Counted from the first letter of the stretch, positions 10,547-21,661 are shown. The stretch is 64,000 bases of DNA from Desulfomicrobium sp. (GCA_040768745.1 JAXGMI010000001.1:1504001-1568000); one strand, 5' to 3'. Notes: generated by a model not told the origin, from the letters alone. A program made the numbers and translations.

Positions 10547-11323
10547 ATGCAGGAAAGCAGTTACAGCGCCACATTCGGTGCCCTGGTCCAGCAGAATCGC
10601 CTGGACATCATCGCCAATAATTTGGCGAACGTGAACACCACAGGTTTCAAGGGCGACAAGCTGGCATTCCAGGACACATTCCGCCGCCATGCCCATGATC
10701 TGCTTGACCCCAACACGACACTGGAGAGGCAGGTGCCCTGGCCCAAGGGTCACCTCCTGGCCCAGACCAAGGTCGCCGAGCAGGTCATTGATTTTTCCCA
10801 GGGGAGCCTCAAGGCCACTGGAAATCCGCTGGATCTGGCGATTTCCGGGGAAGGATTCTTCCGGGTCCAGACTCCGGAAGGGGAATTTTTGACCCGCCAG
10901 GGAGTCTACCATCGTTCCAGCGAGGGACTTGTGGTCGACGGCCACGGGAACAGGCTGCTGGGCGACGGTGGACCGCTGCAGATCCCGGAAACGGGAGTCG
11001 TCCTGGTGGGCGAGGACGGCTCTCTGACCGTGGACGGGGAGCGCATCGACACCATTTCCCTGGTCACGGTCGAGGATCTCCAATCCTTGGAAAAGGCGGG
11101 TAATTCTTTGCTGCGGGTCAGGCCCGAGACCCTGGTCCAGCCTGTGGCGACCGGAACCGCAAGCATCGAGCAGGGTTTCCTGGAAAGCGCCAATGTCGAG
11201 GTGGTCGGGGAAATGGTCAACATGATCGAGGCCATTCGCGCCTTTGAAGCCTACCAGAAAATGATCACCGGGACTTTTGAGCAAGACAAGAAGGCCATCG
11301 CCGAAGTCGGCGCGCCGCGCTGA
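10547..11323 (+). CDS. flgF: flagellar basal-body rod protein FlgF
   Basis: IIANNLANVNTTGFK; TGNPLDLAISGEGFF; LESANVEVVGEMVNMI; AGGAGG SD; precedes flgG. Confidence 0.9.
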   Translation: MQESSYSATFGALVQQNRLDIIANNLANVNTTGFKGDKLAFQDTFRRHAHDLLDPNTTLERQVPWPKGHLLAQTKVAEQVIDFSQGSLKATGNPLDLAISGEGFFRVQTPEGEFLTRQGVYHRSSEGLVVDGHGNRLLGDGGPLQIPETGVVLVGEDGSLTVDGERIDTISLVTVEDLQSLEKAGNSLLRVRPETLVQPVATGTASIEQGFLESANVEVVGEMVNMIEAIRAFEAYQKMITGTFEQDKKAIAEVGAPR

Positions 11324-11388
11324 TGCGCAGCGTGTCCCGCCGGGGTGGCCTGGAGCAGACATCACGCAACGCCGCAAGGAGATGAAAA

Positions 11389-12171
11389 ATGATCCGCGCA
11401 TTATGGACCAGCGCTTCGGGCATGATCGCCCAGCAGCTCAATCTGGACGTGACAGCCAACAACCTGGCCAACGTCAACACCACGGGATTCAAGAAAAACC
11501 GGGCCGAATTCGAGGATCTCATGTACCAGAGCATGAAGATCGCCGGCTCCACCACCCAGGACGGCAATGAGCTGCCCGTGGGCATGCAGGTCGGCATGGG
11601 AGTGCGGCCAGTTTCGGTGCACAAGATTTTCTCCCAGGGCGATTTCCAGAACACGGGCAACCAGCTCGACCTAGTCATCGAAGGGGACGGTTTCTTCCGC
11701 GTGGACCGGAACGGCGAGGAGGCATACACCAGGAACGGGGCCTTCAAGCTCGACAGCGATGGCCGCATCGTCTCGGACAACGGGCATCCCCTGCAGCCGG
11801 AATTCATTGTTCCCCAAGAAACCCAGAACATCGTCGTCACCGAGGACGGGCACCTGACCTGTGTGGACAAGTCCGGAGCGGAGCTAGCGGCCACGGACAT
11901 CCCCATCTACACCTTTGTCAATGCTGCCGGACTCAAGGCCGTGGGGCGCAATCTCTATGTGCAGACAGACGGCTCGGGCGAAGCCGTGGAAAGCGTCCCG
12001 GGCGAGAACAACGCCGGGACCCTGGCCCAGGGTTTCCTGGAAATGTCCAACGTGGAGATCGTGGAGGAAATGGTCAATATGATCGTGGGACAGCGCGCCT
12101 ACGAGGCCAACTCCAAGTCCATCACCACGGCCGATACCCTGCTGCAGATCGCCAACCAGATGAAGAGGTAG
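11389..12171 (+). CDS. flgG: flagellar basal-body rod protein FlgG
   Basis: MIRALWTSASGM...ANNLANVNTTGFKK...FEDLMYQ; QRAYEANSK; 260 aa. Confidence 0.96.
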   Translation: MIRALWTSASGMIAQQLNLDVTANNLANVNTTGFKKNRAEFEDLMYQSMKIAGSTTQDGNELPVGMQVGMGVRPVSVHKIFSQGDFQNTGNQLDLVIEGDGFFRVDRNGEEAYTRNGAFKLDSDGRIVSDNGHPLQPEFIVPQETQNIVVTEDGHLTCVDKSGAELAATDIPIYTFVNAAGLKAVGRNLYVQTDGSGEAVESVPGENNAGTLAQGFLEMSNVEIVEEMVNMIVGQRAYEANSKSITTADTLLQIANQMKR

Positions 12172-12175
12172 TCGC

Positions 12176-13123
12176 ATGCGTGCCGCCGTGGTCCTTCTTC
12201 TTATGCTTTTCCCTGTGCTGGCCCAAGCCGAGGGGCGTCTGATCCTGGCCGGGGCCGTATGCGTGGATGGGCCGGTGCTGAGGCTGGCGGACCTGGCCCG
12301 GGCAGAGGGGGACGGGGCAGTGGCGGCCATGGCCAGCATTGCGGACAGACCCTTGCTGGCCGCGCCCAGGTTCGATGGGGCGCGGGCCAATCTGAGCGGA
12401 TCCAGGCTGAAGGAGCTTATTATCCAGCGGTTCGGACCGGGATTGCCGGAAATCGAAGTCCCGGAGCAGGTACAGGTGCAGCGGGGAGGGCAGGTCATCA
12501 GCGCTGTGGCCATGCGCGAGGACATTAACAAAATTTTGACTCAGGCCTTGGCGCATCTCGAGGGCGAGGTGGAGATCCGCGACTACCGCATCGCCGATTA
12601 CCTGTTCATCAAGGACAAGACTCCCGTGCAGATCAGGGTTGTTCCAGCCGGGGTGTTGGCTCCCGGGCGGATCAGTCTGCGCCTGGAGGCATTGAACAGG
12701 GAAGGCGGCGTGGTGCAGAGCTTCACGGGAACGGTCTTTGCCGACGTTTGGAAAACAGTGCCGTGCGCGGCCCGCGTCCTGAACAGAGGGGATGTGCTGG
12801 AACCTGCGCTGGTAACCTTCGCGCGCAAGAATCTGGCGTATCTGCCTCGTCCTTGCTGGGACGGTCGGGGAGTAGCTCTGCGCATGGCGGCCCCTGTGGG
12901 CGAGGGACAGGTCATCGCGGCCGAGGCTGTGGAACGTATACCGGAAGTGGTCAAAGGCAAGGTGCTGACCCTGGTCTACGCGGGGCAGCATCTGAGGCTG
13001 AGCGTGCCTGTGGAAAGCCTTGAAGACGGGAGCATCGGAAGCGTGATCCGGGTCCGGAACGTGCAGAGCCGTCGGATGGTGGCGGCACGCGTGGTCGATG
13101 CAGAAACGGCGCAGGTGCCGTAA
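12176..13123 (+). CDS. flgA: flagellar P-ring formation chaperone FlgA
   Basis: Signal peptide; C-terminal SAF-like LEDGSIGSVIRVRNVQSRRMV; between flgG and flgH. Confidence 0.88.
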   Translation: MRAAVVLLLMLFPVLAQAEGRLILAGAVCVDGPVLRLADLARAEGDGAVAAMASIADRPLLAAPRFDGARANLSGSRLKELIIQRFGPGLPEIEVPEQVQVQRGGQVISAVAMREDINKILTQALAHLEGEVEIRDYRIADYLFIKDKTPVQIRVVPAGVLAPGRISLRLEALNREGGVVQSFTGTVFADVWKTVPCAARVLNRGDVLEPALVTFARKNLAYLPRPCWDGRGVALRMAAPVGEGQVIAAEAVERIPEVVKGKVLTLVYAGQHLRLSVPVESLEDGSIGSVIRVRNVQSRRMVAARVVDAETAQVP

Positions 13124-13135
13124 CCAGAGGGAAAC

Positions 13136-13825
13136 ATGAACAACAGATTGTATATGATAGGGCTGCTGGCCCTGGGCTTGGCGGGATGCAGGGCTGCGGG
13201 CCGGCCGGCGATGCCCGCCGCGGTGGTTGCCCCGCCACCACAGGAGCGGATGGCTCCGGCGGCCAACCCGGGTTCACTTTACGACCCTGACGGGGCCACA
13301 GCGCTTTTCTCCGACGCCAGGGCCAGAAGGGTGGGGGACATTTTGCTGATCAAGGTCATGGAAACCACCTTGGCCAAGAACAAGGCCTCGACCACGGCAG
13401 ACAAGGAAAACACCATGGATCTGGGGGTGAGCGCCTTCCTCGGGCGGGACAAGCTGCCCCTGATCCCTGGAGCCGAGGTGGGAGAGGGCCCGATGATCAG
13501 CGCGAGATCCAAGAGCGACTTCGAGGGCGACGGCGAGACCAAGCGTGAAAGCGTCATCACCACCACCGTGGCGGCCCGGGTGACCCGGGTCCTGGGCGGA
13601 GGGTTGATGGAAGTGGTCGGCGCCCGGGAAACCAGAGTCAACGGGGAAACACAGATTGTGCTGGTCCAGGGCGTGGCCCGGGATCGGGACATCAACGCAG
13701 ACAACACCATCAAATCCACGAGCCTGGCTGAAGCCCGCATCGAGTTGTACGGCGAGGGCGTGCTGGCGGAAAAACAGCAGCCCGGCTGGCTGGGGAGGAT
13801 ACTCGACAATGTGTGGCCGTTCTAA
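13136..13825 (+). CDS. flgH: flagellar L-ring protein FlgH
   Basis: Lipobox [36 protein letters not shown]. Confidence 0.94.
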   Translation: MNNRLYMIGLLALGLAGCRAAGRPAMPAAVVAPPPQERMAPAANPGSLYDPDGATALFSDARARRVGDILLIKVMETTLAKNKASTTADKENTMDLGVSAFLGRDKLPLIPGAEVGEGPMISARSKSDFEGDGETKRESVITTTVAARVTRVLGGGLMEVVGARETRVNGETQIVLVQGVARDRDINADNTIKSTSLAEARIELYGEGVLAEKQQPGWLGRILDNVWPF

Positions 13826-13829
13826 AGGA

Positions 13830-14927
13830 ATGCGTCTGTTCTGGCGGACCATGGGGCTGACCCTGTTCCTCCTGGCCATGGTGGTCCAGGCCTGGGGAGT
13901 GAGGCTGAAGGACATAGCCAATTTCGGGGGCGTGCGGAGCAACGATCTGGTTGGATATGGCCTAGTGGTCGGCCTGGCCGGCACCGGCGACAAGAGCGGA
14001 TCGCAGTTCACTATCCAGTCCATGGCCAACATGCTGGAAAGCATGGGAGTCAAGGTCGACCGCAGCTCGCTGAAGCCCAAGAACGTGGCTGCAGTTATGG
14101 TCACGGCCAAGATGCCGGCTTCGTCCCGACCAGGTGCCAAGATGGACGTCACGGTCTCATCCGTGGGCGATGCGGCCTCTCTCTTTGGCGGGGTGCTTTT
14201 ACTCACCCCCCTCAAGGGAGTGGACGGGAATGTCTATGCCTTGAGCCAGGGACCCCTGGCTGTGGGGGGATATTCGGCCGCAGGGGAGGCGTCCTCGGCC
14301 AGCAAGAATATCACGACGGTGGCGCGCATTCCGGGGGGGGCTGTCATCGAGCGCAGCGTTCCTTTCAGCTTCAATGAGCAAAAGGACGTGGCCATCCATC
14401 TGCATGTGGAAGATTTTTCCACTGCCAAGCAGGTCACTGACAGCCTGAACCGGGCCATGGGCGGCCAGTATGCCCGGGCCCAGGATGCCTCCACGGTGAA
14501 ACTGAGCGTTCCTGAGCGGCATCAGGGAGACATTGTCTCCTTGATGGCCTCCCTGGAAAACATCGAGGTGCGTCCAGACGGGCGGGCCAAGGTGGTGGTG
14601 GATGAAAAGACAGGAACCGTGGTTTTGGGGTCGAACGTGACATTGTCCAAAGTCGCTGTGTCCCACGGCAATCTGAACGTGATTGTGGCCGAACAGCCCC
14701 AGGTTTCCCAGCCAGGTGCCTTTTCACAGGGTCAGACCACAGTCACGCCGCAAACCCAGCTGGCGGTCCGCGAGGAGCAGAGGCGGCTTGTGCTCATGAG
14801 CGGGGCGTCCATCCAGGAGCTGGTTGATGGCTTGAACGCCATCGGGGCCACGCCGCGGGATCTTATTTCCATTTTGCGGACCATGAAGTCGGCCGGAGCC
14901 CTGCACGCCGATCTTGAAGTCCTCTAG
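13830..14927 (+). CDS. flgI: flagellar P-ring protein FlgI
   Basis: RLKDIA...[42 protein letters not shown]. Confidence 0.95.
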   Translation: MRLFWRTMGLTLFLLAMVVQAWGVRLKDIANFGGVRSNDLVGYGLVVGLAGTGDKSGSQFTIQSMANMLESMGVKVDRSSLKPKNVAAVMVTAKMPASSRPGAKMDVTVSSVGDAASLFGGVLLLTPLKGVDGNVYALSQGPLAVGGYSAAGEASSASKNITTVARIPGGAVIERSVPFSFNEQKDVAIHLHVEDFSTAKQVTDSLNRAMGGQYARAQDASTVKLSVPERHQGDIVSLMASLENIEVRPDGRAKVVVDEKTGTVVLGSNVTLSKVAVSHGNLNVIVAEQPQVSQPGAFSQGQTTVTPQTQLAVREEQRRLVLMSGASIQELVDGLNAIGATPRDLISILRTMKSAGALHADLEVL

Positions 14928-14945
14928 CGGCGGGAGAAAAACATC

Positions 14946-15551
14946 ATGAGCGAACTGGTTACCAATGCCCCATTGACTGGCGACGCCACCCAGAATCTGG
15001 AACAACGTCTGGAGGAACTGCGGTCCGGCCTGCATCCGGAAAAGAAGCTGAACGCGGTCAAGCTGAAGAAGGCCTGCCAGGATTTCGAGGCGGTGTTCAT
15101 CAGCCAGATCTGGAAGCAGATGCGAGGGTCCGTGCCCAAAGACGGGATGCTCCACTCCAAGGAGGAGGAAAGCTACCTTTCCATGTTCGACCAGGAGTTG
15201 TCTGTGAAGATGGCCCAGGGCGGTGGCATCGGTCTGTCTGACCTGCTTTACACCAGTCTTTCCGAGCGGTTGATGAACGCCAGTCGGAATACGTCATCTG
15301 CCAGTCCCCTCCAGCCGCTGGACAAAAGTAAGATGGCCAGGGAGCCCGTGGCGGCCCAGGCCATGGCAGTCCAGGCCAGCACTCTGGCCGCTCAGGCGGC
15401 CCAGAAGGAGGCCGAGAAGTTGGCCGAGCGCATTGAACGGAAGCACGCAGCGGGCGGCATGCAGGCCGGATTGGCCGCAGCCGGAGATTCCATGTCGGAA
15501 CTGGAGGAAGCGCTGCGGGTGGTTCGCATGGATGTCGAGGGAGACCTGTAA
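14946..15551 (+). CDS. flgJ: rod-binding protein (FlgJ N-terminal type, no muramidase domain)
   Basis: LKKACQDFEAVFISQIWKQMR...GGIGLSDLLY. Confidence 0.85.
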   Translation: MSELVTNAPLTGDATQNLEQRLEELRSGLHPEKKLNAVKLKKACQDFEAVFISQIWKQMRGSVPKDGMLHSKEEESYLSMFDQELSVKMAQGGGIGLSDLLYTSLSERLMNASRNTSSASPLQPLDKSKMAREPVAAQAMAVQASTLAAQAAQKEAEKLAERIERKHAAGGMQAGLAAAGDSMSELEEALRVVRMDVEGDL

Positions 15552-15645
15552 GGGCGGGAAAAAGTTGCCGGCAGCCCGGGGCCTTGGCGGCAGGCAGGGC
15601 AACGTGAACCCCCGATTCCCAAGGCGTTGGCACCGAAAACTGATA

Positions 15646-15661
15646 TGGCCGGATCATTGCA
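15646..15661 (+). promoter_or_regulatory. sigma54 promoter of flgN-flgK-flgL-csrA-fliW
   Basis: TGGCCG-GATCA-TTGCA, 80 bp upstream of flgN. Confidence 0.7.
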
Positions 15662-15740
15662 GATCATTTGCACAAAGGGGGCGGACCCGGCACAGAATTC
15701 CGGACCCCGCGCCTTCATATTTCACCCACAAGGATACGCC

Positions 15741-16214
15741 ATGCAGCAGAGCATATTCGATGCGCTTCATCGTCAGGCCCAGGGCACGGAACTTCTGTGC
15801 ATGCTGTTGCAGGAGGAGTACGCCCTGCTCCGGGCCGGGCGGCCGGACCACGTGGCTGGCTTGGAAATGTCCATCCAGGAATTGATCAGACAGCTGGTGC
15901 GCGAGCGGGAATGCATGAGGCGCCTGCTCAATGGTTGGGGATATGCTGGTCTGAACGATTTCGTGGGGAGAGTGGATGGGCCCTCTGCGGACAATTTCTT
16001 GCTGTGGAGGAGAAAACTCGCTGATTGGGAGCAGGACTGCGCCCGGCAGGCGACCATGAATGCCGATCTGGCCATGGCCATGTGGAAGCAGAGCGGGCAG
16101 CTGCTCAGCCATTTTCAGAATCAGGTCGCTCCCAGGGAACGCAACACCTACACGGCCAAGGGCTCCTGGCACAATCGTCCGTCCACTGCAGCCCTGGTGC
16201 GCGGGAGGTTGTGA
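15741..16214 (+). CDS. flgN: flagellar export chaperone FlgN
   Basis: Helical 157-aa protein directly upstream of flgK with TGATG overlap; C-terminal TYTAKG motif. Confidence 0.8.
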   Translation: MQQSIFDALHRQAQGTELLCMLLQEEYALLRAGRPDHVAGLEMSIQELIRQLVRERECMRRLLNGWGYAGLNDFVGRVDGPSADNFLLWRRKLADWEQDCARQATMNADLAMAMWKQSGQLLSHFQNQVAPRERNTYTAKGSWHNRPSTAALVRGRL

Positions 16215-18280
16215 TGCCCGGTGTCACCAGCCTGCTCGACATCGGCAAAAAATCCCTGTTTGCCAGCCAGGCAGCCATTGAGGTTGTCGGCAACAACATC
16301 TCCAACGCCAACACAGAAGGGTACAGCCGCCAGGCTGTGGTGCTGGAGGACGGCCTCTACATCAACTACTCGCCGGGCCAGCTTGGCACAGGGGTCAATG
16401 CGACCCAGGTCATCCGCCATTTCGACGAGTTCGTAGAGAAACAGTACAACGCCAAATTGTCCGAACAGGAGCGCTGGTCAACATTATATAGTAATTTGAA
16501 TGGTTTAGAAAAAATTTTCAACGAAGCCAATTCCGGTGGTCTCAATGCTGTCCTGTCGCAATTCTGGGCCAGCTGGCAGGACCTCTCGGCGGATCCGGAA
16601 AACTCGGGCATCCGCAACGCCCTTTTGGGCCACGCGTTCAATCTGCAGAACGCCGTCCAGGCGGCAGAAGAGGATCTGCAAGCCCTGCAGACAAGCGCAG
16701 ACGATGCGATCTCCCAGGAAGTTGACACAATCAACGCGATTCTGGCCAATATCGCATCCATAAACACACAGATCACCGTCAGTGAGGAAACGGGCAGGAA
16801 CAACGCCAACGGGCTGCGAGACGAACGGGCGGCACTTGTCCGTCAACTGTCCGAGAAGATGGACATTACCTATATCGACAATGGTCTGGGCAATGTGACG
16901 GTTCTGACCAAGGCCGGGCAAACCCTGGTCGATGGAGCCCGATTTTTCCGCTTGGCCTTCGAGGGGCCTCAGACCATCGCCGATCTGGCCAGCCCTTCGG
17001 CATTTGATGGAACCGTCGGATTCAGCGGTGAAAGCTCCACCGGCTATACCGTAAAGATCGTAGACGCAGGAGCCGTGGGCACGGCCACATACCGGGTGTC
17101 CAACGACGGTGGCAAAACCTGGCTCACGGACGGGAATGGGGTCAGCATTTTCACCACCAGCGAGTCCGGCCTGCGTTTGCCTGATGGCAGGGGGGTGCTC
17201 ACATTCGATGCCGGGTCAGGAAATCCCCTGGCCGCCGGGGACACATTCCATGTTCTGACCCAGAAAACGCTTTTCTGGTATGAAACGGCAACCTCAAAGG
17301 TCAATATTACCCCGCAGGTTCTTCCCAATGGGGGAGACAACGAGCGCAGGCTGACCGGAGGAAGCCTGGCCGGATATTTCCAATTCCGCGATGCCAGCGC
17401 GGGGGGATACATCGAAATGCTGGACGCCTTTTCCTCCAGCCTGGCGTGGGAGGTGAACAGGATTCATTCCCAGGGGGCGGGCACGGACCGGTTCGCGGAG
17501 GTTGTCGGCACGTACGGGGTTTCGGACGCGGCATCCGGACTGGGCACTGCAGAAGCGGGGCTGGTATTCCGGGACAGGCTGACCAACGGCAATGTCATGG
17601 TCTATGTGTACGATCAGACCACCGGCGTTTTGAAAAACTCACAACCGTTGTTTTCCGGAGTCAATTTCGACCCCCAGGCCCATTCCCTGGAGGATGTGGT
17701 CGCTGCATTTTCCTCCATCGAAGGCATTGAGGCCAGCATTCTGGGCGGCAGGCTGCACCTGGCAGCGGAGGATGGATCCCGGTTCGCCTTTGGGTCTGAC
17801 TCCAGCGGGCTGATGGCGGCCTTGGGCATCAACACGTTTTTTGACGGTTCGGATGCGCGGACGCTGACCCTCAACGCCACTGTCGCGAACAATCCCTCGT
17901 TCATCAATGCCGGGCATGTGAACGGGGCAGGGGAAATGAATCGCGGGGACAACACGACCGCCTCGGCCATCGCATCCCTGCAAAGGGCCGATGTCAGGAT
18001 CGGCACGTCTTCCGGCGGCATCACGTCGCAGACCCTGGGGGAATATTATTCCGCCTTCGTGGCCCTGATCGGATCCGACACCGCCAACGCCAAGTTCAGG
18101 CATGAATTCAATGCGGCCCTGGCTTCCGACCTGAAGGCCCAGCAGGAGGCGGTCAGCGGCGTGAATCTGGACGAGGAAATGACCAATCTGATCAAGTTTC
18201 AACATGCCTATACCGCGGCGGCCAAGCTCGTCACCACCGCGGAATCCATGTTGGAGGTTTTGTTGGGGCTCAAGTCCTAG
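16214..18280 (+). CDS. flgK: hook-associated protein FlgK
   Basis: GNNISNANTEGYSRQ; VSGVNLDEEMTNLIKFQHAYTAAAK. Confidence 0.95.
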   Translation: MPGVTSLLDIGKKSLFASQAAIEVVGNNISNANTEGYSRQAVVLEDGLYINYSPGQLGTGVNATQVIRHFDEFVEKQYNAKLSEQERWSTLYSNLNGLEKIFNEANSGGLNAVLSQFWASWQDLSADPENSGIRNALLGHAFNLQNAVQAAEEDLQALQTSADDAISQEVDTINAILANIASINTQITVSEETGRNNANGLRDERAALVRQLSEKMDITYIDNGLGNVTVLTKAGQTLVDGARFFRLAFEGPQTIADLASPSAFDGTVGFSGESSTGYTVKIVDAGAVGTATYRVSNDGGKTWLTDGNGVSIFTTSESGLRLPDGRGVLTFDAGSGNPLAAGDTFHVLTQKTLFWYETATSKVNITPQVLPNGGDNERRLTGGSLAGYFQFRDASAGGYIEMLDAFSSSLAWEVNRIHSQGAGTDRFAEVVGTYGVSDAASGLGTAEAGLVFRDRLTNGNVMVYVYDQTTGVLKNSQPLFSGVNFDPQAHSLEDVVAAFSSIEGIEASILGGRLHLAAEDGSRFAFGSDSSGLMAALGINTFFDGSDARTLTLNATVANNPSFINAGHVNGAGEMNRGDNTTASAIASLQRADVRIGTSSGGITSQTLGEYYSAFVALIGSDTANAKFRHEFNAALASDLKAQQEAVSGVNLDEEMTNLIKFQHAYTAAAKLVTTAESMLEVLLGLKS

Positions 18281-18290
18281 GAGGCGGACA

Positions 18291-20093
18291 GTGCGTGTAT
18301 CCCTTCGCAGTCAATACAGCAGTTTTCTTTATAACCTGGAGAACACCCAATCCAGGTTGATGGAACTGAACACACAGGCCTCCAGCCAGAAGCGCATCAA
18401 CCAGCCTTCGGATGACGCCATCGGTGCGGCCAGGATTTTGAACTACCGCAGTTCCCTTTCAGCCATCACCCAATACCAGGCCAATATCGACACGGCGTCA
18501 GGCTGGCTGGGCTTGGCCGATGAATCCATGACCCAGGTCAGCACCATTCTGAGCAAATTGAAGGCGTTGGCCGAACAGGGGTCCACCGGCACCATGACCG
18601 CTCCGGACCGGCAGGCCATTGCCCATGAAGCGCGCCAGCTTTTCAGCCAGCTGGTGAATCTGGCCAATACCACCTACGAGGGGTCGTCCATTTTCGCAGG
18701 CCACAAGTTCGATGCCAACGCCTATGCCGAGGCCCTCATGGTCTACGACCAGGATGGGAACGCCCTGGGCACGGCCACTGGCTCGTCCACCCGCAGCATC
18801 ATGGTGCAGTTTCTGGGAGATCAGGGGGCCACCGCGGCGGTGGGTGGCCAGGACATCGACTACCGCTACAGCAAGGATGGAGGTGCGACCTGGACTACCC
18901 AAACCCTGGGTTCAGTCGGACCATTCGCACTTGATCTGGGCGGGGTCAGCGTTGCGCTGCAGGAGGGATATGAGGTGGCGCTGAGTCCGGCATCCAATAC
19001 GAAAATCTCAAGCGGCTCCTGGCTGACCATCGCGCCAACGGCCATGTACATGGGCGATCACGAGTCCCAGTCCGCCGTGACGTACCAGGGCGGAAACCCC
19101 GTCGTCACGGCGGTGCCGGTCGGCGGCTTTTCCAGAAGTGTCGAAGTGCAGGTTGTGGGCGGATCCATCGGCGGGAACATCGCCTATCAGTATCGGCTTG
19201 CAGGGTCTTCGGTTTGGGCCCCCCCCACTCCTGTGGAAGTGAATACAGGCGTGGAAGAGGGGAGGCTGGAAACTCCGTATGGCGCAGTGCGGCTGGCAGG
19301 TCCGCCCGGTCAGGGCGTCACGGGGCTGGTCCTGACTGTGCACGCGGATCTTACCGGCGTGATTCAGCTCGGGGCTTCCATCAACGCTGTGGGCAAGGGG
19401 GTATTTCCGGGCGACGTCATGGTTCGCATCGACAGCGCGGCAACCATTGGCTCAGGAACGGCAATCAGCTATTCCTACAGCACCGACAGAGGGTTGAGCT
19501 GGTCCGCAGGGCATTCGGCTGAAAATGCCGGCCCAGACGAGGCCCTACTGCTGGTGCCCGGCGGGAGGCTCATGCTCACGGAACGGGATGGAAACGGCCT
19601 CCTGGCTGAAAATGCCCAGTTTGTCATCCACCCCCAGACCGCCAGGCACAACCTGGAGATTTCCGCTGGCCAGTATGTGCAGATCAACAACATCGGGTCA
19701 GAAATTTTTGGCGGCTATTACGAGAATGGGGCCGAACCCGTATTCGCCGATTCCGATGTGGCCAGGAATATTTTCGTCAGCGTGGGCAAGCTGGTCGCGG
19801 CCCTGGAAAACAACGATCAGCAGGGATGCGCCGCTGGCCTCGAAAATTTGAAGGTCTCCCAGGAGTACTTTTCCACCCAACTCGCTTCGGTTGGCGCACG
19901 GGAGAACCGGCTTGATGTAGCGGGCGCCGTACTGGCCGGGCTGAAGCTGAACCAGGAAGAACGCATGAGTGCCATCGAAGACGTGGATTTGGCCTCGCTT
20001 TTGACGGATCTCTCCAATCAGCAGCTTGCGTATCAGACAGTGCTCAAATCTTCGTCAATGATCATGCGGATGAGCCTGGTCGACTACCTCTAG
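18291..20093 (+). CDS. flgL: hook-associated protein FlgL
   Basis: SSQKRINQPSDDAIGA; ASVGARENRL; QQLAYQTVLK; GTG start behind GGAGG. Confidence 0.94.
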   Translation: MRVSLRSQYSSFLYNLENTQSRLMELNTQASSQKRINQPSDDAIGAARILNYRSSLSAITQYQANIDTASGWLGLADESMTQVSTILSKLKALAEQGSTGTMTAPDRQAIAHEARQLFSQLVNLANTTYEGSSIFAGHKFDANAYAEALMVYDQDGNALGTATGSSTRSIMVQFLGDQGATAAVGGQDIDYRYSKDGGATWTTQTLGSVGPFALDLGGVSVALQEGYEVALSPASNTKISSGSWLTIAPTAMYMGDHESQSAVTYQGGNPVVTAVPVGGFSRSVEVQVVGGSIGGNIAYQYRLAGSSVWAPPTPVEVNTGVEEGRLETPYGAVRLAGPPGQGVTGLVLTVHADLTGVIQLGASINAVGKGVFPGDVMVRIDSAATIGSGTAISYSYSTDRGLSWSAGHSAENAGPDEALLLVPGGRLMLTERDGNGLLAENAQFVIHPQTARHNLEISAGQYVQINNIGSEIFGGYYENGAEPVFADSDVARNIFVSVGKLVAALENNDQQGCAAGLENLKVSQEYFSTQLASVGARENRLDVAGAVLAGLKLNQEERMSAIEDVDLASLLTDLSNQQLAYQTVLKSSSMIMRMSLVDYL

Positions 20094-20102
20094 GAAGGAT
20101 GT

Positions 20103-20342
20103 ATGCTGATTCTGTCCCGTCGCCCAGGGCAAAGCGTGCATGTGGGCGATGACATCAAGATTACGATCCTCAGCGTCAACGGCCAGCACATCAAGATCGG
20201 TCTCGAGGTGCCTGAGCATACGCCCGTGTACAGGGAAGAGATTTACATCAAGGTCCGGTCCCAGAACACTTCGGCTCTGGAACACGACAACAACGACCTC
20301 ATGGCGGCGGCGACACTATGGGCAAGAACAGTACAACGCTAG
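20103..20342 (+). CDS. csrA: carbon storage regulator CsrA
   Basis: MLILSRRPGQSVHVGDDIKITIL...VYREEIY. Confidence 0.95.
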   Translation: MLILSRRPGQSVHVGDDIKITILSVNGQHIKIGLEVPEHTPVYREEIYIKVRSQNTSALEHDNNDLMAAATLWARTVQR

Positions 20343-20788
20343 ATTCCCGCATCGGTCCGCTGGAAGTCTCCCCGGACCGAACAATTTTTTTCCCCCGCGG
20401 ACTGATCGGATTCGAGACGTTGCGGGAATTCGCGCTGGTGGAGTTCAAGCCCGGTTCGCCCTTTCATTTCCTGCAGAGCCTGGAGACTGCGGCCATGGGC
20501 ATGATGCTGGCGGACCCCCTCTCCTTTTTGCCAGGATACGAGATCAGGCTGGCCGAGGCCGAGGAGCGCATTCTCAAGGCGAGAGCCATGCGCGACCTGG
20601 TCGTCCTGGTCAGTGTGACCGTGCCGAAGGGAAATCCCGGGGAAACGACCCTCAACCTGAGCGGACCCATCTGCATCAATGTCCGGGAACGCCTGGGCCT
20701 GCAGTCTCCACAGATGGACCTGGGCTTCCCTTCCCGCATCCTGCTCAAGGACCTGGGCGGTCCTGACCAGCGGCTGGTCAACGCATGA
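20318..20788 (+). CDS. fliW: flagellar assembly factor FliW (CsrA antagonist)
   Basis: IFFPRGLIGFE...FLQS...TLNLSGPICIN; overlaps csrA. Confidence 0.92.
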   Translation: MGKNSTTLDSRIGPLEVSPDRTIFFPRGLIGFETLREFALVEFKPGSPFHFLQSLETAAMGMMLADPLSFLPGYEIRLAEAEERILKARAMRDLVVLVSVTVPKGNPGETTLNLSGPICINVRERLGLQSPQMDLGFPSRILLKDLGGPDQRLVNA

Positions 20789-20817
20789 AAAAAGCCTGGC
20801 CGGTGAGGCCAGGCTTT
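20788..20817. terminator. probable bidirectional terminator between fliW and flgM
   Basis: AAAGCCTGGCC-GGTGA-GGCCAGGCTTT between convergent genes. Confidence 0.75.
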
Positions 20818-20849
20818 CGATCCTTCAGGCAGTTACACGCATCCGGGGT

Positions 20850-21152
20850 TCACCCCCACAGGTCGAGTTCCTGTTTGACCAGGCTGGCGGCGATATCCCG
20901 GCTGTCGATCTTGTATTGGCCAGCGGCGATCCTGGCCTTGGCCTCGGCCACCACATCCGGCCGCACCCCATCGCTTTCCTGGGCGGCCTTCAGTGTGCCG
21001 GCCTTGATCCGGGCCTCGTCGGATATGGATACGCGGTCGGACGAGGCGTCCTGCTGCGCGGGGACCTGCTGGGTCTCCTGACGCTGCTGTTCCGCTTGTT
21101 CCAGTCGATGCGATTCGTATCCGACACGAGTTGTGATGGTGTTGATGGTCAT
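20850..21152 (-). CDS. flgM: anti-sigma28 factor FlgM
   Basis: DRVSISDEA...VRPDVVAEAKARIAAGQYKIDSRDIAASL; AGGAG SD. Confidence 0.92.
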   Translation of the reverse strand: MTINTITTRVGYESHRLEQAEQQRQETQQVPAQQDASSDRVSISDEARIKAGTLKAAQESDGVRPDVVAEAKARIAAGQYKIDSRDIAASLVKQELDLWG

Positions 21153-21222
21153 GGTCCGCTCCTGCCGGGTACACACCGGCCTTGCTGGCTTTCAGGTGGC
21201 GTATGTCGTCCCCGGAAAGCCC

Positions 21223-21639
21223 CTACAGCATTGTCTCGTCAACCCGGGTTACGGCGACTTCCCACAGACGCTGCATGAAAGCATCCTTTTGTCCGTTGGT
21301 CAATTCCGCAACGCCAATGTCTGTTCTTTTGAGGATCTGCAGCCCGTTTCCGTCCGAAGGGTATCTGAAAACGAGGTCATTTCCAAATTCCCTGGCAAGC
21401 TGCCTCTTGATATCCTGCACCACCGGATTGGAACTCTCGGAACCGATAAGGTTGTCCACGATTTCCCTGGCCACTTTTTCCACGAGCTGGCGCCGTTTGG
21501 CCTCCCTGGAAATGGATACGGAGTCTCCCATTCCGGCGCGGTCCATGTATTTCTTGAACCTGGCGATCCGCCTGCCGGTCTCCTGCTGCTGGTCATAGGT
21601 CCGCATCACGTTTTTGACAAGAAATGGGCTCACTGTCAC
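21223..21639 (-). CDS. FlgM-associated protein (DVU0524-like family)
   Basis: DSVSISREAKRRQLVEKVAREIVDNL...VTRVDETML; directly upstream of flgM as in Desulfovibrionales. Confidence 0.75.
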   Translation of the reverse strand: MTVSPFLVKNVMRTYDQQQETGRRIARFKKYMDRAGMGDSVSISREAKRRQLVEKVAREIVDNLIGSESSNPVVQDIKRQLAREFGNDLVFRYPSDGNGLQILKRTDIGVAELTNGQKDAFMQRLWEVAVTRVDETML

Positions 21640-21661
21640 GGTTCATACCTCTCACAACGCC